Source: Polyangiaceae bacterium
GTDB taxonomy: Bacteria > Myxococcota_A > Polyangia > Polyangiales > Polyangiaceae
Reading direction: 5' to 3'
Length of the DNA stretch: 64,000 nt
NCBI GenBank assembly: GCA_050287085.1
Contig: JBNKBE010000007.1
Coordinates: 64,001-128,000 of the forward strand
The position numbers and the translations under genes were made by a program. Shown here piece by piece: positions 8,283 to 18,800 of the stretch. The notes beneath the pieces were generated by a model. That model was not told the origin of the DNA and ran no database searches. It worked only from the letters and a program-made list of their open reading frames with translations. The stretch's first letter is position 1; every line of letters starts with the position of its first letter.

Positions 8283-10748
8283 GTGGGGACCCATCGCCCG
8301 TTAGCCCGCCCGCTGCGTATCGCGTTTGTCGCCGCGGCAGCCCTCTTCGCGCCCCTGGCTCTAGCGTACCCTCTGCTCTGCGCTGCACTCTTCGTGTTCG
8401 CAACGCTCACGGCGCGCCCGCCGGCCTCGACACTGTGGCTGACCCTGGCTCTCGCAGGGCTCACCACGCTGCGCGCCCACTCCGAGCTGGGCCAGTACCG
8501 CGCATCGTGGGAGACGATGCGCACCCAGTTCGGCGCGCCACAACGCTGCGCGATCACCGGCCGCGTGCTGACGTCTCCCACCCAACGCGGCGACACCTTG
8601 ACGTTCTCAGCCCGGTTGAGCAACTTCGACTGCGAGGGGCAGCGGCCTGCCGACTCCGTCATCGCGCGGCTATACGGCGGTCCTCCGGCGCTCGTCCGGG
8701 GCGCCGCATTCGAAGGTGTCGCTCAACTGGGCGTCACTCGACTCTTCCGCAACCTGGGCGAGAGCGACCCGGTGCAGCACTACGCCCGGAGCGGCGTTGT
8801 GCTCAGTGGCACTTTGCTGGCCGCCCACGTCACCGCTGAGTCCAATTCGCCGGGCGCCTGGGTGGACCGCGCTCGCCGGCACGTGCGAGAGCGGATCCAA
8901 GCCACTTTCCTGGGCTCCGTCGCTCCCCTGGCGCGAGCCTTGGTGCTCGGCGAGAACGATCTTGAACCGGAGACGGCTCGCGCTTTTGCGCTCAGCGGTC
9001 TCAGCCATCTGCTTGCCGTCAGTGGCACCCACCTGGTTTTTGCCGTCGTCTCCCTGGTGAACGCCCTCGAGTGGTTCCTGCGGCGCATTCTCGTGGTCGC
9101 TGAACGCGCCAGGCCCGACCTAGTGGGCGCGGGCTTCGGCGCGCCGCTAGCCCTGCTCTACGCGGACTTCGCGGGAGGCAGCGGCTCGGCGTGGCGCGCA
9201 GCGTGGATGCTGGCAACGGTCTACGTCGCCCGCCTCCTGGGCCGAAGCTCCACCGCCGGCCTCACCCTCGCGGGTTCGGTCTTCGTCGGTGTCCTCGCCG
9301 AGCCCCTGGTCGTATCCGACCTGAGCTTCATGTTGTCGCTGGCCGCTACGCTCGGTCTCCTAACCCTGGGACGCGTCGCTGCTCGGCATGTCAACAAGCT
9401 CTCCTCAAAGCCCCTGCGGCTCTTCGGCGCGGGCGTCCTGGCGACAGTTGCGTCCCTGGTCCCGTGCTCGCTGCTGCTCGCCTTCCTCACGCCAAGCCTG
9501 TCGCTCTTTGGTGTGATAGCCAACGTCTTCGTGGCGCCTTTCGGGGAAGCCATCGCCTTGCCTCTATGCCTGACCCACGCGTTTCTCGCGCCCTGGCCAG
9601 CGCTCGAACGTGGGGCGGCCCTCGTCGCGTCGGGTGCCCTGAGCGTGGTCAAGGCCGCCGCGCTACAGGTGACAACGTTGGGGCAAGAATGGCCCTTGTT
9701 CAGCGTTCCGCTCTTTCCGCCAACCGCGCTTCAGCTGGCCGTTGTTATCGCGGGTGCATTGGCGGCAACTGCTGCCCTCTGCTGGCGCCCTCCCAAGCGA
9801 TGGATTGGGCTTGTCGTGACCAGTATTGCGGCACTCAGCGTGATCGCTACCGAGGCCAGGTTACGCACCCAGATCGCGGCAGCCGGCTGCTTGCGGGTCA
9901 CCATCGTAGACGTCGGGCAGGGAGACGCCTCTCTCGTGGACCTGCCCAGCGGCGAACTCATGATCATCGACGGAGGCGGCTTCGTGGGTTCCCCGGTCGA
10001 TCCGGGTGCGCGGGTACTGCTGCCAATACTCCGGTCCCGACGGCGTGAGCAGATCGACTACATGGTGCTTTCACACCCTCATCCCGACCACTTCGGAGGA
10101 CTCGTCACGCTCGCCCAGGAACTGCGTGTGCGAGAGTTCTGGGATACCGGTCAGGGCGAACGAGACGGGGCAGGTCCCGACTACGACGCGCTCCTTTCGG
10201 CTCTACGTGCCCAAGGTACCCGCATCGTTCACCCGGATGCCCTGTGCGAACGCTCTGAGGTTGGAGGCGCCAGACTGCGCGTCTTCATGCCCTGTCCGGA
10301 TCTCGTGCCCGGCAGACACGCCAACGACAACTCTTGGGTCTTTCGCATCGAGCATGCGGGCAGCTCGATTCTCTTCACGGGCGACGCCGAGCTCGCCACA
10401 GAAGGCGACCTGGTCGCTCGCTACCGGGAAGAGCTCCCGGCTCAAGTCCTCAAGATCGGCCACCATGGCAGTCGCACCTCGACCACCCCGGCCTTCGTTC
10501 ATGCCGTACGGCCAAGGCTCGCCACCATCTCAACGGGTGTCCGCAATCGTTACGGCCACCCCCATGCCAACACCCTGGCTACCCTACACGCCCAAGGTGT
10601 CGCAACCCTGCGGACCGATCGAGACGGTGGCATCGAGCTCCGCGCCACAGGCGGCAGCTGGGAGGTGACGACCTACCGCGGACTCGAGCGACGTCCCCTC
10701 AGGGCGCCTCGGCCCACGCCACACCGTCCGGCCATCGCTGGACTATAG
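8283..10748 (+). CDS. comEC: DNA internalization competence protein ComEC/Rec2
   Basis: SGLSHLLAVSGTH competence domain; DVGQGDA, SHPHPDH, FTGD, KIGHHGS and RYGHPH beta-lactamase-fold motifs. Confidence 0.93.
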   Translation: MGTHRPLARPLRIAFVAAAALFAPLALAYPLLCAALFVFATLTARPPASTLWLTLALAGLTTLRAHSELGQYRASWETMRTQFGAPQRCAITGRVLTSPTQRGDTLTFSARLSNFDCEGQRPADSVIARLYGGPPALVRGAAFEGVAQLGVTRLFRNLGESDPVQHYARSGVVLSGTLLAAHVTAESNSPGAWVDRARRHVRERIQATFLGSVAPLARALVLGENDLEPETARAFALSGLSHLLAVSGTHLVFAVVSLVNALEWFLRRILVVAERARPDLVGAGFGAPLALLYADFAGGSGSAWRAAWMLATVYVARLLGRSSTAGLTLAGSVFVGVLAEPLVVSDLSFMLSLAATLGLLTLGRVAARHVNKLSSKPLRLFGAGVLATVASLVPCSLLLAFLTPSLSLFGVIANVFVAPFGEAIALPLCLTHAFLAPWPALERGAALVASGALSVVKAAALQVTTLGQEWPLFSVPLFPPTALQLAVVIAGALAATAALCWRPPKRWIGLVVTSIAALSVIATEARLRTQIAAAGCLRVTIVDVGQGDASLVDLPSGELMIIDGGGFVGSPVDPGARVLLPILRSRRREQIDYMVLSHPHPDHFGGLVTLAQELRVREFWDTGQGERDGAGPDYDALLSALRAQGTRIVHPDALCERSEVGGARLRVFMPCPDLVPGRHANDNSWVFRIEHAGSSILFTGDAELATEGDLVARYREELPAQVLKIGHHGSRTSTTPAFVHAVRPRLATISTGVRNRYGHPHANTLATLHAQGVATLRTDRDGGIELRATGGSWEVTTYRGLERRPLRAPRPTPHRPAIAGL

Positions 10749-10856
10749 AGACCACCAGCGGCCGGACCGCTGACGCGACCATCACAAGGGTGGGAGCCGC
10801 AATCCGATCCTTCCAGCGCGCGAGCGCGAGTGCACCTCCCGCCATGACGAGCCGCG

Positions 10857-11291
10857 CTACTCTGGAAGGCCACAACACGACGCCGGTGCGTAGCGGGCAC
10901 ACGAGACGCCATGGGGCGCTCGCCACGTTTCAACGTGACACCGGCTTTGGCAGCCGCCCACGTCCAGCCCGCAGTCGGCATCAAACTCCAGCGTCGTGCC
11001 ATCCTCGTTCTCCGCCGCCGAATCGCAGACCCCAGCGGGTTCATCACCGCCCCCGCAGCAAGAGGACGGACTGCAGGTGCGGCATCGACACTCCCGCGTC
11101 GCACTCAGACTTTGACCCGGCTTGTAGCGTGGCCCCATAGGCGCTGCGGACCTCCGCGCTTCGCTCGCACAGCCCCCTGAGACTCCGGCGCAGCCGCACG
11201 CGCTGAGCAGGCTCACCCATGCCAGTACCCGCCGTCCGGGCCAGCTCAATGCAGGCCTCCGCCGCGACGCACGCCTGAACGACTCGCTCAT
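10857..11291 (-). CDS. Cys-rich hypothetical (lipo)protein
   Basis: Signal-like N-terminus ending LLSAC; 15 Cys in 144 aa; ATAGGTGAC upstream of the ATG. Confidence 0.6.
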   Translation of the reverse strand: MSESFRRASRRRPALSWPGRRVLAWVSLLSACGCAGVSGGCASEARRSAAPMGPRYKPGQSLSATRECRCRTCSPSSCCGGGDEPAGVCDSAAENEDGTTLEFDADCGLDVGGCQSRCHVETWRAPHGVSCARYAPASCCGLPE

Positions 11292-11468
11292 GTCACCTAT
11301 TCCGGTCTTGTTGCGCCCCGATATCGAGGGCGATCACGTGGCATGCCAGCGCAGCTCGCTATCCCTTGAGGTGTTTTGCCTTGGCTTGCCACGCCATCGA
11401 AGGTAGGCCTATTGACGCTTGTATGCCAACAAGATCCGTTGTGCGCGCCTGAGAACCGATCCGCAGCC

Positions 11469-12035
11469 ATGGCACCTTCGAACGACGCTCACCCAGACCC
11501 CAGTCAGTTCCGCGTGTTGATCGACGAGCCCACCCTCAGGGCACGCTGCTGCGAGCTGGGAGCCGCTATCAGCCGGGACCACGCTGGAAAGGCCGTCGTC
11601 TTCGTCTGCGTTCTGCGCGGCGCATTTGTCTTCGCTGCAGATCTCGTGCGTGCTGTCACGGTGCCCACCCGCATCGAGTTCGTGCAGGCCAGCAGCTACT
11701 CGGACGGCTCACGCTCGACTGGACAAGTGACCCTCGAGCAGGACATCTCCGCTCAGCTAGAAGGCCGACACGTCGTCTTGGTGGAAGACATCGTCGACAC
11801 CGGCCTCACGAGCCAAACGTTGCTGTCGTTGCTGCGCTCCCGCGGCGCGGCGAGCGTCAGGCTCGCCGCCTTGTTGCACAAGCCCGCGCGCCAAGTCCGA
11901 AGCGTGTCGATCGATTATCTGGGGTTCACCATCCCTGACGAGTTCGTCGTCGGATACGGCTTAGACCTCGCCCAGGCGTATCGCAACCTGCCCGACCTGC
12001 GCATCTTTCCCGCGGCGCTGGTACCCCAGCCCTGA
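11469..12035 (+). CDS. hpt: Hypoxanthine phosphoribosyltransferase
   Basis: VLRGAFVFAADL, VVLVEDIVDTGLT (PRPP motif), FVVGYGLD..YRNLP. Confidence 0.95.
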   Translation: MAPSNDAHPDPSQFRVLIDEPTLRARCCELGAAISRDHAGKAVVFVCVLRGAFVFAADLVRAVTVPTRIEFVQASSYSDGSRSTGQVTLEQDISAQLEGRHVVLVEDIVDTGLTSQTLLSLLRSRGAASVRLAALLHKPARQVRSVSIDYLGFTIPDEFVVGYGLDLAQAYRNLPDLRIFPAALVPQP

Positions 12036-12129
12036 TGGGTAGTCGGTCCGAGCGCTGCATCACCGGGTTCTGTCGATTCATCAGTCTCGAGCCTTCAAGG
12101 AAGACGCCCGCCCATCCTGCGTACTTCGT

Positions 12130-13470
12130 TCACTTGGCTCGACCCCGCGCGCTCCTCAGGCGCGCCAAACGCTCCCCAATAGCCTGCTCCAGACCTTGCT
12201 CGGACGGCTGATAGTAGCGCTCTCCAACCAAGGCGTCCGGCAGGTAGACTTCGCCCGGAACGACCGCTCCCGGATAGTCGTGAGCATAACGGTAGTCTGC
12301 CCCATGGCCCTGCTCCTTCATCAGCCTGGTAGGCGCATTCCTGAGCTTGAGGGGCACTGGCAAAGCCCCGTGCTTCTCGACCGCCGCGCGCGCGCCCTGC
12401 CATGCCAGCTTGACCGCGTTCGACTTCGGACAGCTCGCCAAATAGAGACAGGCGTGCGCCAGTGGGTAGATCCCCTCCGGCATGCCCAAACGGCGAAACG
12501 CCGCGTCCGCATCCAAGGCTACGCTCAGTGCCCGCGGATCGGCGTTGCCCACATCTTCGCTAGCGAAGATGATCAGTCGTCGCGAGACAAACAACGGATC
12601 CTCGCCGCCCTCGAGCATTCGCATCATCCAATAGATGCCCGCATCCGGATCGCTGCCGCGCAGCGACTTGATCAACGCGCTCACTACGTCGTAGTGCTGA
12701 TCTCCGCTCTTATCATACTGAAGCGCCGCAGCTTCCCCGTATTGCTGCACGTCTTCAATCGTGACTGCCCTCTTGCCAGCGTGGCCTGCGTGAGCCACCA
12801 GATTTTCCAGTGCAGAGAGGGCGCGACGCCCGTCGCCCCGTGCGCTACTGGCGATAGCCGTGAGCGCCTCTGAGTCGACCGAAACCGCTCCCCCATAACC
12901 GCGTGCATCCGCAAGCGCTCGGGACAGCAACGTTTGCACCTCGTCGACTTCTAGCGGCTTGAGTCGAAACACCGTAGCGCGCGACAGCACCGCGTTATTG
13001 ATCGCAAAGGACGGGTTTTCAGTGGTGGCTCCGATCAGGATCACCGTGCCATTTTCCACATGCGGCAAGAACGCGTCCTGCTGGGCGCGATTGAAGCGGT
13101 GAATCTCGTCCACGAACAACAACGTCCGCCGCCCGCGACCGCGCATTCGCTCTTTGGCTCGAGCGATGATCTCGCGCAGTTCGGCTACGCCGCCCAACAC
13201 GGCGCTGAACGCCTCGAACTCTGACTGCGTGGAGCGGCTGATGACGTGTGCGATCGTCGTCTTACCACACCCCGGATCTCCCCATAGAATCATCGATGGC
13301 ACACGGTCCTCGACGATGGCTCTACGAAGCGCTCCTCGGGGACCCAGCAAGTGCTGTTGTCCAACCAATTCGTCGAGTGATACCGGTCGCATGCGGTCCG
13401 CTAGCGGCGCGGGCGCCCCCAGCTTGCCCCGCTGCGCGGCATGGCTGAACAGCGACTCCGCGTCGCTCAC
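12130..13470 (-). CDS. rarA: Replication-associated recombination protein A (AAA+)
   Basis: PLADRMRP, Walker A GDPGCGKTT, VDEIHRFN, GATTENPSF, KSLRGSDPD, ASEDVGNADP. Confidence 0.95.
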   Translation of the reverse strand: MSDAESLFSHAAQRGKLGAPAPLADRMRPVSLDELVGQQHLLGPRGALRRAIVEDRVPSMILWGDPGCGKTTIAHVISRSTQSEFEAFSAVLGGVAELREIIARAKERMRGRGRRTLLFVDEIHRFNRAQQDAFLPHVENGTVILIGATTENPSFAINNAVLSRATVFRLKPLEVDEVQTLLSRALADARGYGGAVSVDSEALTAIASSARGDGRRALSALENLVAHAGHAGKRAVTIEDVQQYGEAAALQYDKSGDQHYDVVSALIKSLRGSDPDAGIYWMMRMLEGGEDPLFVSRRLIIFASEDVGNADPRALSVALDADAAFRRLGMPEGIYPLAHACLYLASCPKSNAVKLAWQGARAAVEKHGALPVPLKLRNAPTRLMKEQGHGADYRYAHDYPGAVVPGEVYLPDALVGERYYQPSEQGLEQAIGERLARLRSARGRAK

Positions 13471-14135
13471 GCGCGCGCTCCGAAAAGGGCGGTGCCAATT
13501 CTAACAAGCGACGCGCCTTCTTCGATGGCTATCTCGAAGTCACCGCTCATGCCCATGCTGAGCGATGACAATCCGCGCGCAGCCGCCAGCGCCCTAAGGC
13601 GCTTGAAGTAGGGACGCGCGGCGTCGGGCGTCTCGACCGCTGGCGGTATGGCCATCAAGCCGAGGAGCTGGACCTCGGGTGCCGCGCTGCAGGCAGAGAC
13701 CAAAGCGTCCAAGTCTTTTTCTACTACGCCGTGCTTCTGAGCCTCGTCTCCGAGATTTACCTCAATATGGACATCTAGAGAGCGACCCAGCACCGCGGCG
13801 CGACGGCGTACCCGATCCAGTAGGCGCAAGGAGTCGAGGGTCTGCAGACCTGAAATATGAGGCAATACCTGGCCGATCTTATTGCTCTGCAAGTGGCCGA
13901 TCAGATGCCACCGCACCCCCAGGTCACGGAGAAGCTCAGCCTTGCTCACCAGCTCCTGGACATAGTTTTCGCCAAAGTCCACGAATCCGAGGCCCGCAAG
14001 CGCACGAATGCTCTCCGGTGGATGATGCTTGGAAACCGCCACGATGCGAACCTCGTCGGGGTGCCGACCAGCACGGGCGCAAGCCGCTTCGACCCGAGCG
14101 CGGATCGCGCTGGCTCGTTCTTCGAGCGTGCTCAC
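13467..14135 (-). CDS. yggS: YggS/PROSC PLP-binding protein
   Basis: VAVSK, FGENYVQE, WHLIGHLQSNK, LSMGMSGDF, VRIGTALFG; GTG start overlaps the upstream stop. Confidence 0.95.
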   Translation of the reverse strand: MSTLEERASAIRARVEAACARAGRHPDEVRIVAVSKHHPPESIRALAGLGFVDFGENYVQELVSKAELLRDLGVRWHLIGHLQSNKIGQVLPHISGLQTLDSLRLLDRVRRRAAVLGRSLDVHIEVNLGDEAQKHGVVEKDLDALVSACSAAPEVQLLGLMAIPPAVETPDAARPYFKRLRALAAARGLSSLSMGMSGDFEIAIEEGASLVRIGTALFGARA

Positions 14136-14779
14136 GGCGTTGTCCCTCCCCGTTCGGCTGGATCGAGCCGCTGAGGTCCTGTGCCGCCAGCGCCATTGCC
14201 CAGCCCAGGACCCGCTGCGAGCAGGCGACTGCTGCCGTGGCGCACCAGCCGCGCGTCGCGGGTCGCCAGACTCAAAGCACAGTCCCAAGCGCTGCCCTGC
14301 GCGCTACAACTCGCCACGCCGCCAAAGCTGCTGGGCCCTTCGCGCTCCGGTGTCAGATCAAACGTCAAGCGCTCCTCGTCGGCAATGCCTGTCAACACGT
14401 GCTTACCCATGGATCCACTGGCAGTCCCGCTAACGCTGCCCGACGACGCAATCTGCAGCTGAATCTTTCCTTCTAGCTCCTGGTCCGTCTTGTCGCGTAG
14501 CCAGGCCGCCATGTAGCCCACCTCACCGCTCAGTTTGATAGCATGCCGAGATGCGCGATAATCTCCGGCAAAGCGACGCGAGGACGCCTCGGCGGCGGCG
14601 CCACCAGAGCTCGACGCCAGAGCAGGGGGCGCGACTACCCGACCCGAGTCGGCGCGTGCACCTGTGCCGAGCGGCACGGCGCCTTGTTGAGGCGCAGCCT
14701 CCTCGGGCGTGGCGTCTCGTGTGGTCGTCCGACACGCAGAAGCCATCAGCACAAGCAAAGCCACCAACGCTGCCGCCAT
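14132..14779 (-). CDS. Hypothetical lipoprotein
   Basis: Hydrophobic N-terminus with lipobox MASAC; overlaps both neighbouring genes. Confidence 0.7.
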   Translation of the reverse strand: MAAALVALLVLMASACRTTTRDATPEEAAPQQGAVPLGTGARADSGRVVAPPALASSSGGAAAEASSRRFAGDYRASRHAIKLSGEVGYMAAWLRDKTDQELEGKIQLQIASSGSVSGTASGSMGKHVLTGIADEERLTFDLTPEREGPSSFGGVASCSAQGSAWDCALSLATRDARLVRHGSSRLLAAGPGLGNGAGGTGPQRLDPAERGGTTP

Positions 14780-15858
14780 CAGTCTTGCTTCTCGGGTGGT
14801 GACAAGCGCGTGATCCGCACCCCGAGTTCACCATCAACGACAACGAGGTCACCACTGGCCACGACGCGCCCAGCGACCCGCAAGGTAATGGGTCCGCCGC
14901 TTGCCAGACCCGTTTCGAGCACGTCTCCTTCGCGCAAGGAGAGCCAGTCCGCAGCCGATAGCGTCGCGCTTCCCATCTCGAGGCGCACGGTCAGGGGCGC
15001 GTCAAGAATCTGCTGCTCTCGCTCTTTGGCATCCACACCGTCATCAGTCATCGGCCACTCCTCTTCCTCGTGCTCCGCGTTTGCGCCTGGCAGTCGCATC
15101 CATTTTTTGCAGATCGTCTGCTGCGCACAATGGAAGGATAGACCGAGCGTACCGTTCTGCGCGACGCCAAGCCTGCGGCCCCAGCCCTTGTCGTCAATCC
15201 AAAGACCCGCGCCAACCATCCACACATCCCCAACCCGCAGGGACTCGAGCTCAGCGACCGTCAGCGAAGATAGCCCGACGACAAGCGGCAGGCATACCGG
15301 TACCTGTGCCAAGGGACGCCGAAAGGTTCCGGACGCAGGGGCCTTCAACACCTCGACGTACCCGTTGAAGGCCCGACGGTCCAGGCTCACCCAATAGTCG
15401 AAGCGGAGTCGAGGCTCATGCTCGCCGACCGCCGCGATCTGAGGCGGCTCCCCGATGGTAGCCCTCCGCAGCGCCTCCACCACCACCGCTCCAAACGCAG
15501 CCTCGAGGCCGGGCTCCAGCGACTTGCCGGAATCCACGTTCACGACATGCCCGAGCACCCGAGACACCAGCGCGACCGCGCCCGCGGGTTCGAGCGCAAG
15601 GCGTACGAGTCCACCGCGAAACGCCAAGTCCACCCGCGCCGTGGGCCCGAGCCTAGGTCCGAGCGCGAGGCCAAACTCCACGGCATCGTACGCCCCCAGC
15701 TCTCGCAGACTCGCAGCCAGACGCCCCCGGTCGACCGCAGCGAGGCCTTGACGCAAGCGGCGTTGCTCCCGAAGCTCGCTCCGCGAGAGGGTGGGCAACG
15801 CCAGCCAATCATAAGCCCTGACGCGCCCAGGGGACTCTGGCCAGTTCAGCGGAGTCAT
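14779..15858 (-). CDS. Type III secretion C-ring protein SctQ / FliM-FliN family (two SPOA domains)
   Basis: SPOA-like segments LPLVVGLSSLTVAELESLRVGDV and LTVRLEMGSATLSAADWLSLREGDVL...VASGDLVVVDGELGVRI. Confidence 0.82.
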   Translation of the reverse strand: MTPLNWPESPGRVRAYDWLALPTLSRSELREQRRLRQGLAAVDRGRLAASLRELGAYDAVEFGLALGPRLGPTARVDLAFRGGLVRLALEPAGAVALVSRVLGHVVNVDSGKSLEPGLEAAFGAVVVEALRRATIGEPPQIAAVGEHEPRLRFDYWVSLDRRAFNGYVEVLKAPASGTFRRPLAQVPVCLPLVVGLSSLTVAELESLRVGDVWMVGAGLWIDDKGWGRRLGVAQNGTLGLSFHCAQQTICKKWMRLPGANAEHEEEEWPMTDDGVDAKEREQQILDAPLTVRLEMGSATLSAADWLSLREGDVLETGLASGGPITLRVAGRVVASGDLVVVDGELGVRITRLSPPEKQD

Positions 15859-18800
15859 GGCTCGCTCGCCGCGGTGGCGGGAGAGACCACCACCGGTGCC
15901 TCCAACAAGGCCGCTGCCCGGCGGACGAAGTCCGCAAACGCGGGATAGTCGCTCGCTGCGATGCGCGACGCCGGAAGCGTCAAGGCACGGTCGAGAATCA
16001 GTTGCCCACCTTCAAGCCGATCGGAGACCGCGACGCGGTAGCGCCCAAGTTCCACGCTACGCGGTGGCTCCACACGTGCCGAGAACCCTTCCGGCAAAGT
16101 GAGTCGCGCAATTGTCCGCTCTTCGCGACCAGGTACCAACAACATGGCCGTCGTTCGCTCCGATGTGCGAGCCAGCTGACTGACGCGAAAAGTGAACGGC
16201 AATTCCAGATACAACTCACGATTCGCGACCCGGGCAAATACCCCCGACTCGGCAGATATTCGCACCCGTACAGGCCTCCTAGGTGTGTCTACGCCCAGAA
16301 GCGAATGCCGGCTCACCCGCGCACCCGTGACTCCCGCCAGCTTGGCCTCGATCACCTCTCGCAGACGCTTCGGCGGGACCTCGCGCAACGCTTGCCTCAG
16401 CCCAGCCGCATACAGTCCCGTGTAGGTCTGCTCCAAGTCGTAGCTCAGGCTGCCGTCCGCCCCCAAGACCCCTGAGAGCTCGTACTCGATGGCGTCGGCG
16501 TGAGCTGCCTCGGGAAGCCGAACGGCCTGAGTCTCACCCGAGTCGAGCACATAGGCCTCGGCCCCACGCAGCCCCGGAGGCAGATAACCGTAGGGAACAT
16601 CATCGATCACGATCCAGTCCGGATCGCTCTCGCCCACGCGAAACACGGTACTGCTGTACGCCATGGCCCGCGCACCCGGCGTGGTCGGCTCGCGCGCGAG
16701 CCGGTTCCTACCCACCGCCCAGCGCACAGGCACGCCCACTGCATCCGCCAACGCTTTGAACGCCCGAAAGCGGTTGCCGTGCTTGCCGATGACAACCTTT
16801 CGCCCGTCCAGCTCGTCGCCGGCCTGCACATTGTCCACCACCCACTCAAAGAGCTTTCGTGCCCGTTGCTTCGCACCGTCCCGGGGCAGGCCGGCGACGA
16901 TGGCTTTTGCGATCCGTCGCAACCGCGGGTCAACGGGCACGAGTGGCCGCACGCTGCTGCCGAGCGCGTGTAGTCGGCGCCGCAATGTCAAACCCCAAGA
17001 CGCTTGCACGCTCGGTAGGGATTCTACCAAGGGCACGCTGAAGGGCTCGCTCGCAGCCGCCGGGGTATCATCCATCCGCCAGCGTCGCGCTACATAATAG
17101 CCCTCGTTCGTCACCACTGGCTCGACGACGCTTCCGGTAACTTCAATCTCCAACGGCTTATGCGCGGGAGTGAGCAGAACGAACTCGCTCCGAGCATAAG
17201 CCACGTCCGGCTCGCGGAACATCCAGCGGGGGCCTTCGTATGCAGCGCCGCCCGTCGGAGCCGTTGTCAACACGCTCTCCGTCTCGATGTAGTCACCCAC
17301 CGCGAGATGGGGAAATGTCACCGTCGGCTTCTCTGCCACGTGTTCCGGCTCGAACGTGCGACCGTCGGGCTTGATGACCCGCATGTTCAAGTACTCGCCA
17401 CGGAGCTCCAGCTCCGCGAAACGCGCGATCGATTCCTCGGTTTCAAGGCGAACAATCTCGTGCTCCAGGAGCTCACTCGATCCGTCATCACGCACCCGCA
17501 CGGCCATATAGTCCAGGATTCGCGCCGCGATTCCGCCTATCCTTCGCCCACTTGCCTCCCACTGACGAATTACGTCGAAGCCGTTCAGGCGGTACTGCGC
17601 CAACGGCGACACACCTTCGCGTACCTCCTGTGCCGTTTGCAGATTGCGCGTATCAGCCCCCGCCAACACGGCTTCCGCCCACACGCCTTCCGCTCCTTCC
17701 GGGTCGCCCTCCGCGAGGTGCAGGTCGTATAGCGCCAACACGGTGTCGGTATCGCGCGGCTCCAGCTCGAGCCGCTTCAACCACACATCCTTGACATCGC
17801 TTGGTCGACGGCTCTGGGTAACCGCAAGGCGGAAAGCTTGTTCGCGGAGCGCATCGTCGTCAGGCCTGCTGAGGCGCAGTCGTTCGAGTTCACGCTTGGC
17901 GACGCCAAAGTCCTCTGCGGCCAGCGCGCGCTGCAACACGATGCCGTTGTCCGGATCGATCGCCAGCGCGCGCTCCCGAAAGGACTCGGCTCCACCGCTC
18001 TGACCCCGCGCACTGAGCGCTTCGGCTGCGTCGAGCAGCGCTCCGGGCGAGGCCGGAAAGCGCCGCGCTCGTTGCAGCAAGACCGCCTCTTGTTCGACGC
18101 GCCAACCCAGCTCCCCGTACACCCTCGCGAGCTCCTCCAGGAACCCCGGCACCTCCGGATAGCGCTCCGCCAACGACACCAATCGCTCCGCCATCGCTAC
18201 CAATCCTTCGCTGGCGGTGTTGGCAGCCGCGACCTGCGTCTCGGACGCCCACAGATGAGGATCTCGTGCGATAGCCAGCTGATAGAGCTCACGAGCCAGG
18301 TCGCGTCGTTGAGAATCGTCGAATAGCGGGTCCTGAGCCGCGACGCGCGCCGCTAGCTCGAGCGCCGGGCCAGCCGCCTCCCGCGGCGCCTTGACCAGTG
18401 GCTCGAGCAAGAGCGCCGCCACCTCGGTTTCATCACGCTCCAAGCTGAGAAGGGCAGCAGCCACCGCCTTCAAGGGGTCGCGTGGCGGGTGTACATCTTG
18501 CTCCGTTACATAGCGCGCGAGCGGGTTGGCTTGGACCTGACCTGGAGGCGCCAACACGGGGAGCGTATGCTCCCACTCGGATAGCCACGTCACCGAGGCG
18601 GCCTTGCCGTCCGTAGCGAGGACACGAAGTCGGGTCTCCGCACTTGGCAAACGCGCTACCACCCGGTGAACACCCGACTCTAGACGCAGCCCCGCGAGCG
18701 TGTCGAGTCCCGTCGCCCAACGGCTTGGACTGCGATCTAGCACCAAACGGCCATCCACCCATACCCGGGCCGCGTTCTGGACCTCCAGCACGACGCTGCG

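Noticed and set aside
14779..15858. Evidence for a flagellum
   Set aside because: No other flagellar genes in the window, and the two-SPOA layout with an internal start fits SctQ better
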